A DNA stretch of 64,000 bases, taken from Bacillota bacterium. Lineage in GTDB: Bacteria > Bacillota > DTU025. This document shows, one piece after another, positions 47,944-57,260 of this stretch. The DNA lies in assembly GCA_050951805.1 (NCBI GenBank), contig JBMNJT010000002.1, positions 160,001 through 224,000 on the forward strand. Direction: 5' to 3'. A program made the position numbers and the translations under genes. The notes under the pieces are model-generated. The model saw only the letters and a list, made by a program, of their open reading frames with translations, was not told where the DNA came from and did not search any database. Position 1 is the stretch's first letter, and each line of letters begins with the position of its first letter.

Positions 47944-49704
47944 CTAAACATCCTCCTTCGACTGATCAGGTCCTTCGACGCCTGAGGTTTCAGCTGCTTT
48001 GATGCGCCTAACTTGTGGCCGCACCTGCGCTTTTATGGAGTATATGTGGCCTGCGGTGTAGAAGCCGCGCACGACATTGAAGCTTTCCTCTTCGACGATG
48101 GAAACGCCCTGCGAAGCCTCTACGCCGATCTCTTCGGCGAACCGACAGGCCCATGCGATGGCTTCGGAGCGGGCCTGTTTGATATCGAATGTTGTCGGGC
48201 GCTTTATGCGTTCCACATGGTCGGCTTCAGGAACGGTAAGTACGCCTAGCATTGTGTCGGCATGAAGCGTGATTGCCGCAGTGGGCCGGCTCGCTGCGGC
48301 GCCAACGGCATTAGCCTCTTCGTAGTACGGCAGAATCTCCCATGATATCCCAAGGCGGTCGGCCGCGGGCGGGATGAAAACAGGCGCCGGTGCGCCGAGC
48401 CCTATCAGCACGGCGGGGCGAATATCGGGGGGCGCAAGTATCTCCGAGACGGTATATGCCGGCATCGACTCGAGATGGGCATAAACAGCCCCGATCTCAT
48501 CTGCCAGCTGGCGGGTGAATGCATCGAGCACTGCCTTTGCCACCGACGAAGCATCCATGCCATATGGTGCGCCCAATTGCGCCATGGCCCTGGTGGCGAG
48601 CTCGCGGCTTCCAAGGGACGAAAGCCCCGCTGCTACCGCTGCATCAGTAGGGGTAGGCTTCGAGCCGCCGCGAACGACCGGAACTCCCGCACGCCGCGGA
48701 CCAACATGGAAAGTGGGAGCTCCATTCACGAGGCGGACATGGATGGAGCTATCGCCTCCGAGTCCGATTGAACGGGAAAAGAGCGCCGGGACCAACGTCT
48801 TGTGGCCGGATATCTCCGCTCCGTAGCGGTCGTATATCGGTTCTCCAGCCACCTGTACGGAGATATCGGTGGTGGTTCCTCCTATGTCGACTATCACCGC
48901 GTTTGCGCCCGGGTGACGCGTGAGCGCTTTGGCCCCCATTGTGCTGGCTGCCGGGCCTGAAAGGATGGTTTCTATGGGGCGGATCATCGATTCTTTGAGC
49001 CGCATAGTGCCGCCGTCTGCCTTGAGAATGAAGACGCGCTCCACCTCGTCTCCTGTTATGAGGTTTTGTACCATCTCTGCAAAGAGGGATTGTTGCCGGG
49101 CTATGCTGGCGTTGAGGTATGCCGTGGCAAGCCGGCGGGGGAAATTGGGGCGTCCGGAGAGCCTGTGGCCTAAAGTTGCAGGAGAGTATTGCGGAAATTC
49201 GGCTATAACTTCCTGTTCTATCTGGAGCTCGTGGGCGGGGTTGCGGTGAGAAAACTTGCCCACAATGGCCAGTGCCTTTGCGCCGTCATCGCACGCAGCT
49301 TTCAGTGTGGACATGGCGGCAGAGACGTCCACGGGCGCCACTTCGCGTCCTCTGTGATCGATATACCCGGAAAGCGCGTGGACAGGGAAGCCGAGCCCCA
49401 TATCGTCAAAGGACATTCCCGGGCCCGGCGCGGCCAGGACGACAGTGGGATCTCCTCGTCCCTCTATGATGGCGTTGGTGGACAGCGTGGTACTGAGGTG
49501 CAGCTCAATCGGGCTAGTGCCGTCGTGCGCCTCCACCACCTGCCTATATGCGATTTGTGCGCCCTCCAGGAGATTATCGGGATTAGTGGGCGCTTTTGCG
49601 GCTGCAATCACATCTTCATCCCTTACCAGGACAGCGTCTGTGTTGGTGCCTCCCACGTCAATGCCTACAATGTCGCAACGATTCCTCAAATTGCCCACTC
49701 CCAT
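47944..49704 (-). CDS. Hydantoinase/oxoprolinase A-family protein (ASKHA ATPase)
   Basis: GIDVGGTNTDAV, STTLSTNAI.E, TILSGPAAS, DIGGTTTD, GLGGDS, PTPTDA, ANAVGAA. Confidence 0.92.
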   Translation of the reverse strand: MGVGNLRNRCDIVGIDVGGTNTDAVLVRDEDVIAAAKAPTNPDNLLEGAQIAYRQVVEAHDGTSPIELHLSTTLSTNAIIEGRGDPTVVLAAPGPGMSFDDMGLGFPVHALSGYIDHRGREVAPVDVSAAMSTLKAACDDGAKALAIVGKFSHRNPAHELQIEQEVIAEFPQYSPATLGHRLSGRPNFPRRLATAYLNASIARQQSLFAEMVQNLITGDEVERVFILKADGGTMRLKESMIRPIETILSGPAASTMGAKALTRHPGANAVIVDIGGTTTDISVQVAGEPIYDRYGAEISGHKTLVPALFSRSIGLGGDSSIHVRLVNGAPTFHVGPRRAGVPVVRGGSKPTPTDAAVAAGLSSLGSRELATRAMAQLGAPYGMDASSVAKAVLDAFTRQLADEIGAVYAHLESMPAYTVSEILAPPDIRPAVLIGLGAPAPVFIPPAADRLGISWEILPYYEEANAVGAAASRPTAAITLHADTMLGVLTVPEADHVERIKRPTTFDIKQARSEAIAWACRFAEEIGVEASQGVSIVEEESFNVVRGFYTAGHIYSIKAQVRPQVRRIKAAETSGVEGPDQSKEDV

Positions 49705-49894
49705 GAAAGACTCAGTCTCTACTTTACTTCTATTATCTTCTTCAAAGCCGCCTGATTTGCCTGCCCGGGAGAAAAGTGGGGTGGAGCATATGGCGTCATG
49801 GGCGAGTGCAGGGTAGAATAAGACTTATGAATCGTGGTATGCAGCATCTGCAGGCACTGATAGAATATTGACATGCTGGACAGCATGGGGAGGA

Positions 49895-50575
49895 ATGAAT
49901 ATGCAGAAGCTTTACAGCGGCAAGACCAAGGACGTATACCTTGCTGATGACGGCAATGTTCTGCTTTATTTCAAGGACAGCGTTACAGGTGTAGGGGATA
50001 AGATAGATTCCGGCGCCAACGAAGTCATAGGCGAAGTGGCGGGAAAAGGACACTCGTCCTTCAGTTTGACGCTGATGTTTTTCGATCTACTTCATAAGGC
50101 GGGAATACCTACGCACTTCATTAGCGTGGGGCCGGAAGACAACACGATGCTGGTGAAGCGAGCCCGGTCCTTGAATCTCGAGGTAATCTGCAGGAAGAAG
50201 GCATGGGGAAGCTTTGTCCGGCGCTACGGGGCGTATGTTTGCGAAGGGCAACCGCTTCCGTCTCTTGTGGAGTTCACGTTGAAGGACGATGATCGCGGGG
50301 ACCCCCTCATAACTGAGGATGCCCTAGTCGCTCTCAACATAGCCTCCAGGCAAGATATAGACTACATGAAGGAGACAGCCCGCAGGGCGACAGATCTGAT
50401 CTCGGGGTATTTGGCCGACCGCGGCTTGGAGCTGATTGACATCAAATACGAATTCGGCGTCATCGACGGAAAGACCATGATTATAGATGAAGTTTCCGGT
50501 GACAGCATGCGGGTTGTAAAAGACGGAAAGGTCTTGCTCCAGAACGAGCTGTATGAGGCTCTCCTTGGACGATAG
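49895..50575 (+). CDS. purC: SAICAR synthase
   Basis: YSGKTKDVY, FKD, G.KG, LEVICR..A.GS, KDD..GDP, DIKYEFG, IDE...DSMR. Confidence 0.95.
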   Translation: MNMQKLYSGKTKDVYLADDGNVLLYFKDSVTGVGDKIDSGANEVIGEVAGKGHSSFSLTLMFFDLLHKAGIPTHFISVGPEDNTMLVKRARSLNLEVICRKKAWGSFVRRYGAYVCEGQPLPSLVEFTLKDDDRGDPLITEDALVALNIASRQDIDYMKETARRATDLISGYLADRGLELIDIKYEFGVIDGKTMIIDEVSGDSMRVVKDGKVLLQNELYEALLGR

Positions 50576-50759
50576 CCCATGGCCGTGGACAGTCGAGCGG
50601 GGCCGGTTGGAGGCCGATTCGGCGAAGGCTGGATCAGGAGCTACAGGCAGGGCAATTCGCGCATACATCTACTGGCAGATGAGTGCAGTGATATGTCTGG
50701 AATCCACTAACATGAAATGTCATGTAGAGTGGATTCGCCCATGGGCCCCCGCCCGACTG

Positions 50760-50969
50760 CTATTGCCAATTAGCGGCATTTGCGACATCCTTCAGTGCAC
50801 CTTCCTTGGAATTGGCGCAGGGAACAGGTACCTGGGGGGCACACGGAGGATACATCTGGGAAAACTCGGTCGTAACTGCGATTGCAACTATGAATGAGCC
50901 GACTGCCGTTATCCAGCCGCCTATGACGCGCACGAAAAAAAGGGATTTTGCTGTATCCGATGACCCCAT
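50760..50969 (-). CDS. Small single-pass membrane protein (69 aa)
   Basis: RBS GAGGAGGA; TM core RVIGGWITAVGSFIVAIAVT.EF conserved with the paralog at 51341..51529. Confidence 0.7.
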   Translation of the reverse strand: MGSSDTAKSLFFVRVIGGWITAVGSFIVAIAVTTEFSQMYPPCAPQVPVPCANSKEGALKDVANAANWQ

Positions 50970-51340
50970 ATGAGAGTCCTCCTCGAGAGCTCTTTTGCTC
51001 TGTTTGTTAGGGGCAGATATGTTTGGCGCAGGAAGGAATCTGGTTTACTTTGCTGTCCCCAAAGACTGTTTTCGAGGCGGCAGCCAGCTTATCCGTGCCG
51101 CCATTTGGGATGAGCTGAAATCCCAAGGTTTTTGACGCGCCCAGTCTCAGCTTCCTTACCTATTTGACCTGCCTTCATCTCGTCTCGATTAGTGCCAAAC
51201 ACCAGTATCAATGAATGGGCTTCCAGAATGTGGCGGTATAATCCCTTCGCCCTTCATTCAGTATGGGCCTTGTCCCGGCACACTTCGAATGTGCCGACTG
51301 CACTATTTCCCCGGTGGAAAAGTGGGCTAGTGGCGTAGGG

Positions 51341-51529
51341 CTAATCAGTGCCAGCGCGCTTGACTTCAATCACATACCGTCCTGAAGGATCAGGATCATG
51401 CTTCGAACAGTCATCTTGGAAGAATTCCAGCGTTACGGCGACAGCCACGATGAACGAGCCAACGGCGAGAATCCAGCCGCCTATCACTCTCAGGAGCGCG
51501 AGTGTAGACTTGCAGCTGTTTGACTTCAT
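51341..51529 (-). CDS. Small single-pass membrane protein (62 aa), paralog
   Basis: RBS GGGAGG before ATG 51529; TM core RVIGGWILAVGSFIVAVAVT.EF. Confidence 0.7.
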   Translation of the reverse strand: MKSNSCKSTLALLRVIGGWILAVGSFIVAVAVTLEFFQDDCSKHDPDPSGRYVIEVKRAGTD

Positions 51530-51758
51530 GTAAAGTGGCCTCCCCCCAATGCTTTCGCCAAGACTGCCGGCGCTGTCGCCTTCACCTTGCATGTACCTTA
51601 TACGCAAGCCATGGTTCAAGTGTGTTCGCCTTTCGGCCCTTCAGACTCTCTACCGCGGGTGGAGCCCGGAAGATGAGTGGCGTCGGAACGGCTCGGAATA
51701 TCTTTCAAGTGAATCCATCAAGATGCAGGTCTGCGTATTCTCGCCGCAAATATCGGTG

Positions 51759-51806
51759 TTGACCTGGGAACCGGCGGCGTATATAGTGTGTATAGACGAT
51801 ATACAC
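51759..51806 (+). promoter_or_regulatory. SigmaA-type promoter with adjacent YtrA-type operator
   Basis: TTGACC(51759)-N17-TATAGT(51782), then inverted repeat GTGTATA-gacga-TATACAC (51788-51806), upstream of the GntR/YtrA gene. Confidence 0.75.
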
Positions 51807-51924
51807 GTATTTGCCCGGTCGGCGTGCAGGTGATGCGCAGGAGAGCCATAGTTGCATTCGGGTGATGCGGCAGACGTTTCTGGCGCCTGCAGTGCGCGAT
51901 TCGGGACGGTTAGGTTGGGATGAC

Positions 51925-52311
51925 ATGGATATCGCCATTTCGCCGAACAATCCAGTGCCCATGTACCAGCAGATAGTTGACCAGGTTAGGGCCCAGATTC
52001 TCTCAGGCGAGCTCAAGCCGGGAGATCCCCTTCCGTCCATCAGGAAGCTCGCTGCGGATCTGCTTGCCAGCGTGATCACGACAAAACGAGCCTATGCAGA
52101 CCTGGAGGCGGAAGGATTGATCGTGACAAGGCCGGGCCTGGGGACTTTCGTCGCTGATCTTTCTCTTGAGGATATTGAACGGCTCAAGGCCAGAGAGGTC
52201 ATTGGGCATCTGGCGAACGCGGTCGAGGCAGGCCGCAGTCTTGGACTTGAAGACAGTGAAATTGCGGAATTGCTCCAGAACGTGCTGGATGGGAGGGTCA
52301 ACTATGGATGA
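51925..52311 (+). CDS. GntR-family regulator, YtrA subfamily
   Basis: PMYQQI...ILSGEL.PG..LPSIR.LA..L..SVIT.KRAY..LE..G; short C-terminal domain; heads an ABC operon. Confidence 0.93.
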   Translation: MDIAISPNNPVPMYQQIVDQVRAQILSGELKPGDPLPSIRKLAADLLASVITTKRAYADLEAEGLIVTRPGLGTFVADLSLEDIERLKAREVIGHLANAVEAGRSLGLEDSEIAELLQNVLDGRVNYG

Positions 52312-53035
52312 TGCAGTGCTTCAGCTCTGCAAAATCTCAAAGGCATACCCAGGCTTTGAGCTTAAGGATGTCTCTTTTGAACTGCCGCGCGGTTACATCA
52401 TGGGCCTGGTTGGGCCGAATGGAGCGGGGAAAACGACCATCATCAGGATCATGATGAACCTTGCGCGCGCTGATTCCGGGCAAGCAGCCATCTTCGGGCT
52501 CGACAATGTAGCCCACGAGACCGAGGTGAAGAGGCGCATAGGCTATGTTCCTGAAAACCACAACTTCTACGACGACATGACTGCAGGTTGGATGGCGCGG
52601 TTCGTGCGCCAGTATTACCCCACGTGGGATCAGAACTACTTCGACGCGCTTGCGGCCAGGTTCGAAATTGATCTGGGCAAGAGGGCAGGGGCACTCTCCA
52701 AGGGGAACCGGGCCAAGCTTTCCCTGGCGTTGGCCATGGCGCACAGGCCCGAGCTGCTCATCCTGGATGAGCCCACATCAGGTCTGGATCCGGTGGTTCG
52801 GCGAGAGCTTCTTGGGGAGCTGCTCGATTTCATGGGCGACGGCGAACGGTCGGTCCTGTTCTCTACCCATATCACTTCCGACCTTGACCGGGTTGCAGAT
52901 TACATCACTATCATTGTGGATGGGCGGATACATGACAGTGATGAGAAGGATGCCTTGCTTGAGAAGGCACGCAAGGACGAGCCGACAGCGTCCATAGAGG
53001 ATATCGTGATTTTGGCAGCGAGAGGGGAAAAGTGA
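52304..53035 (+). CDS. ABC transporter ATP-binding protein (YtrB-like)
   Basis: Walker A GPNGAGKTT, signature LSKG, Walker B LLILDEPTSGLDP, STH. Confidence 0.95.
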   Translation: MDDAVLQLCKISKAYPGFELKDVSFELPRGYIMGLVGPNGAGKTTIIRIMMNLARADSGQAAIFGLDNVAHETEVKRRIGYVPENHNFYDDMTAGWMARFVRQYYPTWDQNYFDALAARFEIDLGKRAGALSKGNRAKLSLALAMAHRPELLILDEPTSGLDPVVRRELLGELLDFMGDGERSVLFSTHITSDLDRVADYITIIVDGRIHDSDEKDALLEKARKDEPTASIEDIVILAARGEK

Positions 53036-53036
53036 G

Positions 53037-53705
53037 ATGACGAATCTCATATGGAAAGATCTCTACGTAAACAGGTCCATGATATTCATTGCGATAGGGC
53101 TTTTCGGGGGGCTCTTCGTTTTTGGAGCGCTCACAGGCTCCGAAGAGATTGCCGCGTACAGCTTAGGGATTATGAATACCTTTTCACCGATGATGGTTCC
53201 GTTCTGTGCTCTCAATAGCGCTGCCAATGAGGAAAAGAACCGGACCCTCGCCCTGCTCCGATCGATGCCCATTTCCCCGCGGACGATAGTTGCCTCCAAG
53301 TTCATCTCATCTTTGCTTGCAGGCATTTTGTGGTCTGTCATCAATATGGTCGCGGCCTCGTGGGGAACCAGGCTTTTCCCAGGGGCTGGGGGCGAGTTTC
53401 CTCCGAGTTCATTGACGGGCCTATACATGATGGCCCTGACGCTTCCAATAGCTGCCGTGACATTGATCGCGTTCTTCAAGTGGAATTCGAGCGCAGCGCG
53501 GACCGCTATCATGGCGCTATGGGTAGCCCTCTATGTTATCCCGACAGCATTCCGTCCGGCTGGGATGAGCATGACGGAGTTCTACCTGAAGATCATGTCT
53601 CCGACTCCGTCTATGATATCAGTTGTTCTCGTTGCTTGCCTTGGAGTATACGTTGTGGGCATGCTGGTTGCACAAGCCGTATTTGCCCGGCGCGAACTCG
53701 CTTGA
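53037..53705 (+). CDS. ABC-2 type transporter permease
   Basis: Six TM segments; EEKN....LRSMPIS...IVASKF motif. Confidence 0.88.
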   Translation: MTNLIWKDLYVNRSMIFIAIGLFGGLFVFGALTGSEEIAAYSLGIMNTFSPMMVPFCALNSAANEEKNRTLALLRSMPISPRTIVASKFISSLLAGILWSVINMVAASWGTRLFPGAGGEFPPSSLTGLYMMALTLPIAAVTLIAFFKWNSSAARTAIMALWVALYVIPTAFRPAGMSMTEFYLKIMSPTPSMISVVLVACLGVYVVGMLVAQAVFARRELA

Positions 53706-53779
53706 TAGGGCGCGCAGCGAGGAGCCGACAGCGTCCATGGAGGATATCCTCATTTCGACCGCGAGAGGAGGGACATGAG

Positions 53780-54454
53780 ATGATCAGTCTTGTCTGGAAG
53801 GATCTCTACACAAGCAGACTGATGCTGCTTCTCCCCATCGGGCTTTTCGGCGGACTATTAGTGTTTGGAGCGCTCACGGGTAATGATGAAATCGCATCAT
53901 TGTACTTCTCGAGTTTAGCCAACACCTACTCCATGCTGATGGTTCCAGGCTGTGCGTTTGCCAACGCTTCGAACGAGGAGAAAAACCGGACTCTCTCCCT
54001 CTTGAGATCGATGCCCATATCTCCGCAAACGATAGTCGCATCCAAGTTCCTCGCGCCGCTGTTTGCTGGGGTGTTGTGGTCCCTCATCAGCGTCGCTGCC
54101 CTGTTGCTCGGCGCTAGGCTTTTTCCCAAAGCAGCGGGGATCGCGCTTCGATCGACTCCATTCCTGGGCCCATATTTGGTGGCCTTGACGCTTCCAACAG
54201 CTGCTATGATATTGATCGTATCCTTCGCATGGAACGCGAACGTGGCAGGCATAGCTTTCGTAGTGTTATCGGCAGCCCTCTACATGATCTCGGCAATATT
54301 TCGCCCAGCTGGAATGAGCATCATGGGGTTCTACCTGAAGATCATGTCTCCGACTCCGTCTATGGCATCAATCGCCGTTGCCGTTTCCCTTGCGATATAC
54401 TTTCTGGGGATGCTGGTTGCACAGGTAATATTCGTCCATCGTGAACTTGGTTGA
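53780..54454 (+). CDS. ABC-2 type transporter permease (tandem duplicate)
   Basis: Paralog of 53037..53705 (WKDLY, EEKNRTL.LLRSMPISP, FRPAGMS..FYLKIMSPTPSM). Confidence 0.88.
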   Translation: MISLVWKDLYTSRLMLLLPIGLFGGLLVFGALTGNDEIASLYFSSLANTYSMLMVPGCAFANASNEEKNRTLSLLRSMPISPQTIVASKFLAPLFAGVLWSLISVAALLLGARLFPKAAGIALRSTPFLGPYLVALTLPTAAMILIVSFAWNANVAGIAFVVLSAALYMISAIFRPAGMSIMGFYLKIMSPTPSMASIAVAVSLAIYFLGMLVAQVIFVHRELG

Positions 54455-56609
54455 GTTTGCAAGAGGAAGCGGGAATGGAGTTGTGGCTACGGTGTATGAG
54501 CATATTGTCAACCCTGGCAGTATTGTGGTAGTCGGAGCAAGCGATGATGTTTCAAAGCCCGGCGGCAGAGTGGCGAAAAACATTGTTGACCACGGTTACG
54601 CCGGAAATCTCTGGGCGGTTAATCCGAAACACGATGATGTGCTCGGGCTCGCGACCTTCAAGTCCGTCGGTGATCTTCCTGGCACTCCCGAACTTGCGAT
54701 TATCGCTATCCCTGCACGCGGGGTTCGGGGGGTTCTGGAGGAACTGGCGGCAGTCGGGACGCGAGCCGTAATCATTCTGAGCGCGGGGTTTGGCGAGGTT
54801 TCGGAAGAAGGAAAGCGCGAGGAGCTTGCGCTGGTCGAGATTGCAGAGAGGCACGGTATGACTCTAATAGGACCTAATTGCATGGGAGTGCTGACTCCGT
54901 GCTATGCGGGAGTATTCGCAGGGCCCATCCCAAAACTTGAGCCGGGGTGTGTCGATATCATTAGCGGATCAGGCGCTACTGCAGACTTCCTTGCGGAGCT
55001 CGCTATAGAACGTGGACTACTGTTGTCTTCAGTCTTTACTGTGGGCAACGCTGCGCAGGTGGGGGTCGAGGACATCCTCGGCATGATGGATGAGCACTTT
55101 GGGTCGGGTTCGGCTAAGGTTAAGGCCTTGTACATGGAATCCGTGAAGAAGCCGCAAAAGCTTCTGCGCCATGCGCGGTCGCTGATTTCTAAAGGGTGCT
55201 CGATTGTGGGCATAAAAGCTGGCGCGACAGGTGCCGGAAAACGGGCGGCTGCCAGTCATACAGGAGCGATGGCCAGTGATGACACAGCAGTTCAGGCTCT
55301 ATTCGAGAAGGCTGGTATCATAAGGGTTTCCAGCAGATCAGAATTGCTCGACGTGGCAAGCGTTTTACTCATGGCCGGCCCGATAGATGGAAGAAATGTG
55401 TGTGTGCTTACTGATGCCGGCGGGCCTGGCGTGCTTCTCGCAGACGAGCTGGCTCGACAGGGCCTGAAGGTCCCATTGCTGCGGGAGGCAACTCAAAAAA
55501 GGCTTGGGGAAGTGTTGTGGCCGGGAAGCTCAGCCCTCAACCCCGTAGATTGCCTATCAACAAGAACCCCCAGCCAGATCCAGCAGGCGGTTGACGTGAT
55601 CTCGGAAGAAGAGCGCGACCGTATGGATGTTATGCCGCTCATCATGGGCGATCCGGGGATGGGCGGGATCGCTGAGATGTATGACGTTATTGCCCGTGCT
55701 ATGGACGAGTCCCTAATTCCGGTTATTCCAGTCTTTCCATCCCCCATAACTTCAGCTCTGGCGCTGGAGGACTTCAAGGCCCGCGGGAAGTCCTATTTTG
55801 TTGACGAAGTTCAGCTCGGGCGGAGCCTGGGGCGAGTGATAAACCGTCCGCGCCTGGATGAGCCAGTAGAGACACTTCCCGGATATTGCCGTGAGGCGAT
55901 CTCAAGAGCGCTGCAAGGGGATGAGGCTCGCGGGTCTGCTCATGCGGACAACGCCAGGACGGCTTTGGCGCCCCAGACGGCTGCTGCACTGTTGCGTGCT
56001 GCCGGCATACCTATCCCTGGCCAAGCAGTGGCAGTTGGAGTCGAGGACTTGGACGGGATCTGCTCGGATCTGGGATTTCCGGTTGTCATGAAGGTTGTGG
56101 GCCCCCTCCACAAGACTGATGTGGGCGGAGTTGCGCTGAACGTTGCGAGCATTGAGGATGCCCGTGATACTTGGCGGAGGTTGATGTCAATAGACGGGGC
56201 AACCGGCGTTCTGGTCCAACCCATGATAGAGGGGACGGAACTGATAATGGGAGCGACCCGCGAAGAGGGCTTTGGGGCACTGGTCATGTTCGGGCTTGGC
56301 GGAGTCTTCACCGAGGTCCTCAAGGACGTAAGGTTCGCTCTGGCGCCGCTGGGGATGGAGAAATGCAAGAGAATGATCGATTCCATTCGCGGGAGACGCC
56401 TGCTCGACGGGGCAAGGGGCGGACGGGCCGTCAATGTTGGCGCAGCAGCTGACATACTGGCCAGGGTTGGGCTTTTGGTCTCTGATTTTCCTGAGATTGC
56501 GGAGCTGGACCTGAACCCGGTTAAGGGGTATGGGTCAGAGATTTACGCGATAGATGCCCGCATCATAGTAGAGAGAAGGCCTGATGAAGGCGGGGCTTTG
56601 GCTCGCTGA
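54441..56609 (+). CDS. Acetate/acyl-CoA ligase (ADP-forming), fused alpha/beta
   Basis: VVGAS, ILSAGFGE, IGPNCMG, phospho-His motif AASHTGA, C-terminal ATP-grasp (HKTDVGGV, FGLGG.F.E, ELDLNP). Start uncertain. Confidence 0.92.
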   Translation: MNLVEFARGSGNGVVATVYEHIVNPGSIVVVGASDDVSKPGGRVAKNIVDHGYAGNLWAVNPKHDDVLGLATFKSVGDLPGTPELAIIAIPARGVRGVLEELAAVGTRAVIILSAGFGEVSEEGKREELALVEIAERHGMTLIGPNCMGVLTPCYAGVFAGPIPKLEPGCVDIISGSGATADFLAELAIERGLLLSSVFTVGNAAQVGVEDILGMMDEHFGSGSAKVKALYMESVKKPQKLLRHARSLISKGCSIVGIKAGATGAGKRAAASHTGAMASDDTAVQALFEKAGIIRVSSRSELLDVASVLLMAGPIDGRNVCVLTDAGGPGVLLADELARQGLKVPLLREATQKRLGEVLWPGSSALNPVDCLSTRTPSQIQQAVDVISEEERDRMDVMPLIMGDPGMGGIAEMYDVIARAMDESLIPVIPVFPSPITSALALEDFKARGKSYFVDEVQLGRSLGRVINRPRLDEPVETLPGYCREAISRALQGDEARGSAHADNARTALAPQTAAALLRAAGIPIPGQAVAVGVEDLDGICSDLGFPVVMKVVGPLHKTDVGGVALNVASIEDARDTWRRLMSIDGATGVLVQPMIEGTELIMGATREEGFGALVMFGLGGVFTEVLKDVRFALAPLGMEKCKRMIDSIRGRRLLDGARGGRAVNVGAAADILARVGLLVSDFPEIAELDLNPVKGYGSEIYAIDARIIVERRPDEGGALAR

Positions 56610-56727
56610 CGCAGCAGGCATCATGCTCGCTAGAGTCAGGGGGCGAGGCCGCCCGGATTGCGTGGGCGCGAACGCGAACTTCTCCAGCGGGGAAGCTGTG
56701 GTGGAACGTACAGGTGATGCTTGGGCA

Positions 56728-57248
56728 ATGGCAGTCAAGCTCGACGGGGTCGTTGTGGAGTATGAGTCGTGGGAATATGAAGGGCGAAGGAGAAACGAAG
56801 ATGCGCGCTGGATGGCGTGACCATAGGGTTTGCGGGCGGCGAAATCGTTGGGATCGAGGGGCCTAACGGGTCTGGAAAGTCGACGCTGCTTCGAACGATG
56901 TGCGGAATACACGTTCCCATCTCCGGCGAGGTGTTGGTTTACGGGAAAAGGCCTGACATCTTTGACTCAGACTTCAAGAGGCGCGTGGGCTATGTCAGTT
57001 CCCGTCGGACATCTTCGTTTGCCCTCCATTGCGAGCTCTACGGTATGGACAAGCACGAGTGACAACGGGTAGCGTCCCGCCTTGACCTGGAACCATTGGC
57101 CGCCCGACCGCCGCGCGAGTATTCACAGGGGCAGAGGGCCAGGGCTGAGCTATGGCTTGCGCTCCTTCACAGATTGGATCTGGTGTTTCTGGACGAGGCC
57201 ACAGAGGCCCTGGATCTCGAGTATCTGCCGCTCTTCTTGGGGACATGA
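56728..57248 (+). pseudogene. Degenerate ABC transporter ATP-binding gene
   Basis: Frame break before GPNGSGKST; in-frame TGA at 57060-57062; reading on gives YSQGQ (signature) and VFLDEAT (Walker B), then a premature stop. Confidence 0.75.
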
Positions 57249-57260
57249 GCGGGCAAGGCG

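Noticed and set aside
49705-49894. Purine/ZTP riboswitch upstream of purC
   Set aside because: I could not find the conserved aptamer motifs by eye; an Rfam scan would settle it.
49764-51326. Near-identical 17-mers CCCGG(GA/TG)GAAAAGTGGG at 49764-49780 and 51310-51326
   Set aside because: Only two copies with 2 mismatches and no palindrome or mobile gene; may be chance, so not called as an att site or operator.
57060-57062. In-frame TGA in the ABC ATPase as possible selenocysteine or read-through
   Set aside because: Not a Cys/redox position, and the gene has other lesions; pseudogenisation is simpler.
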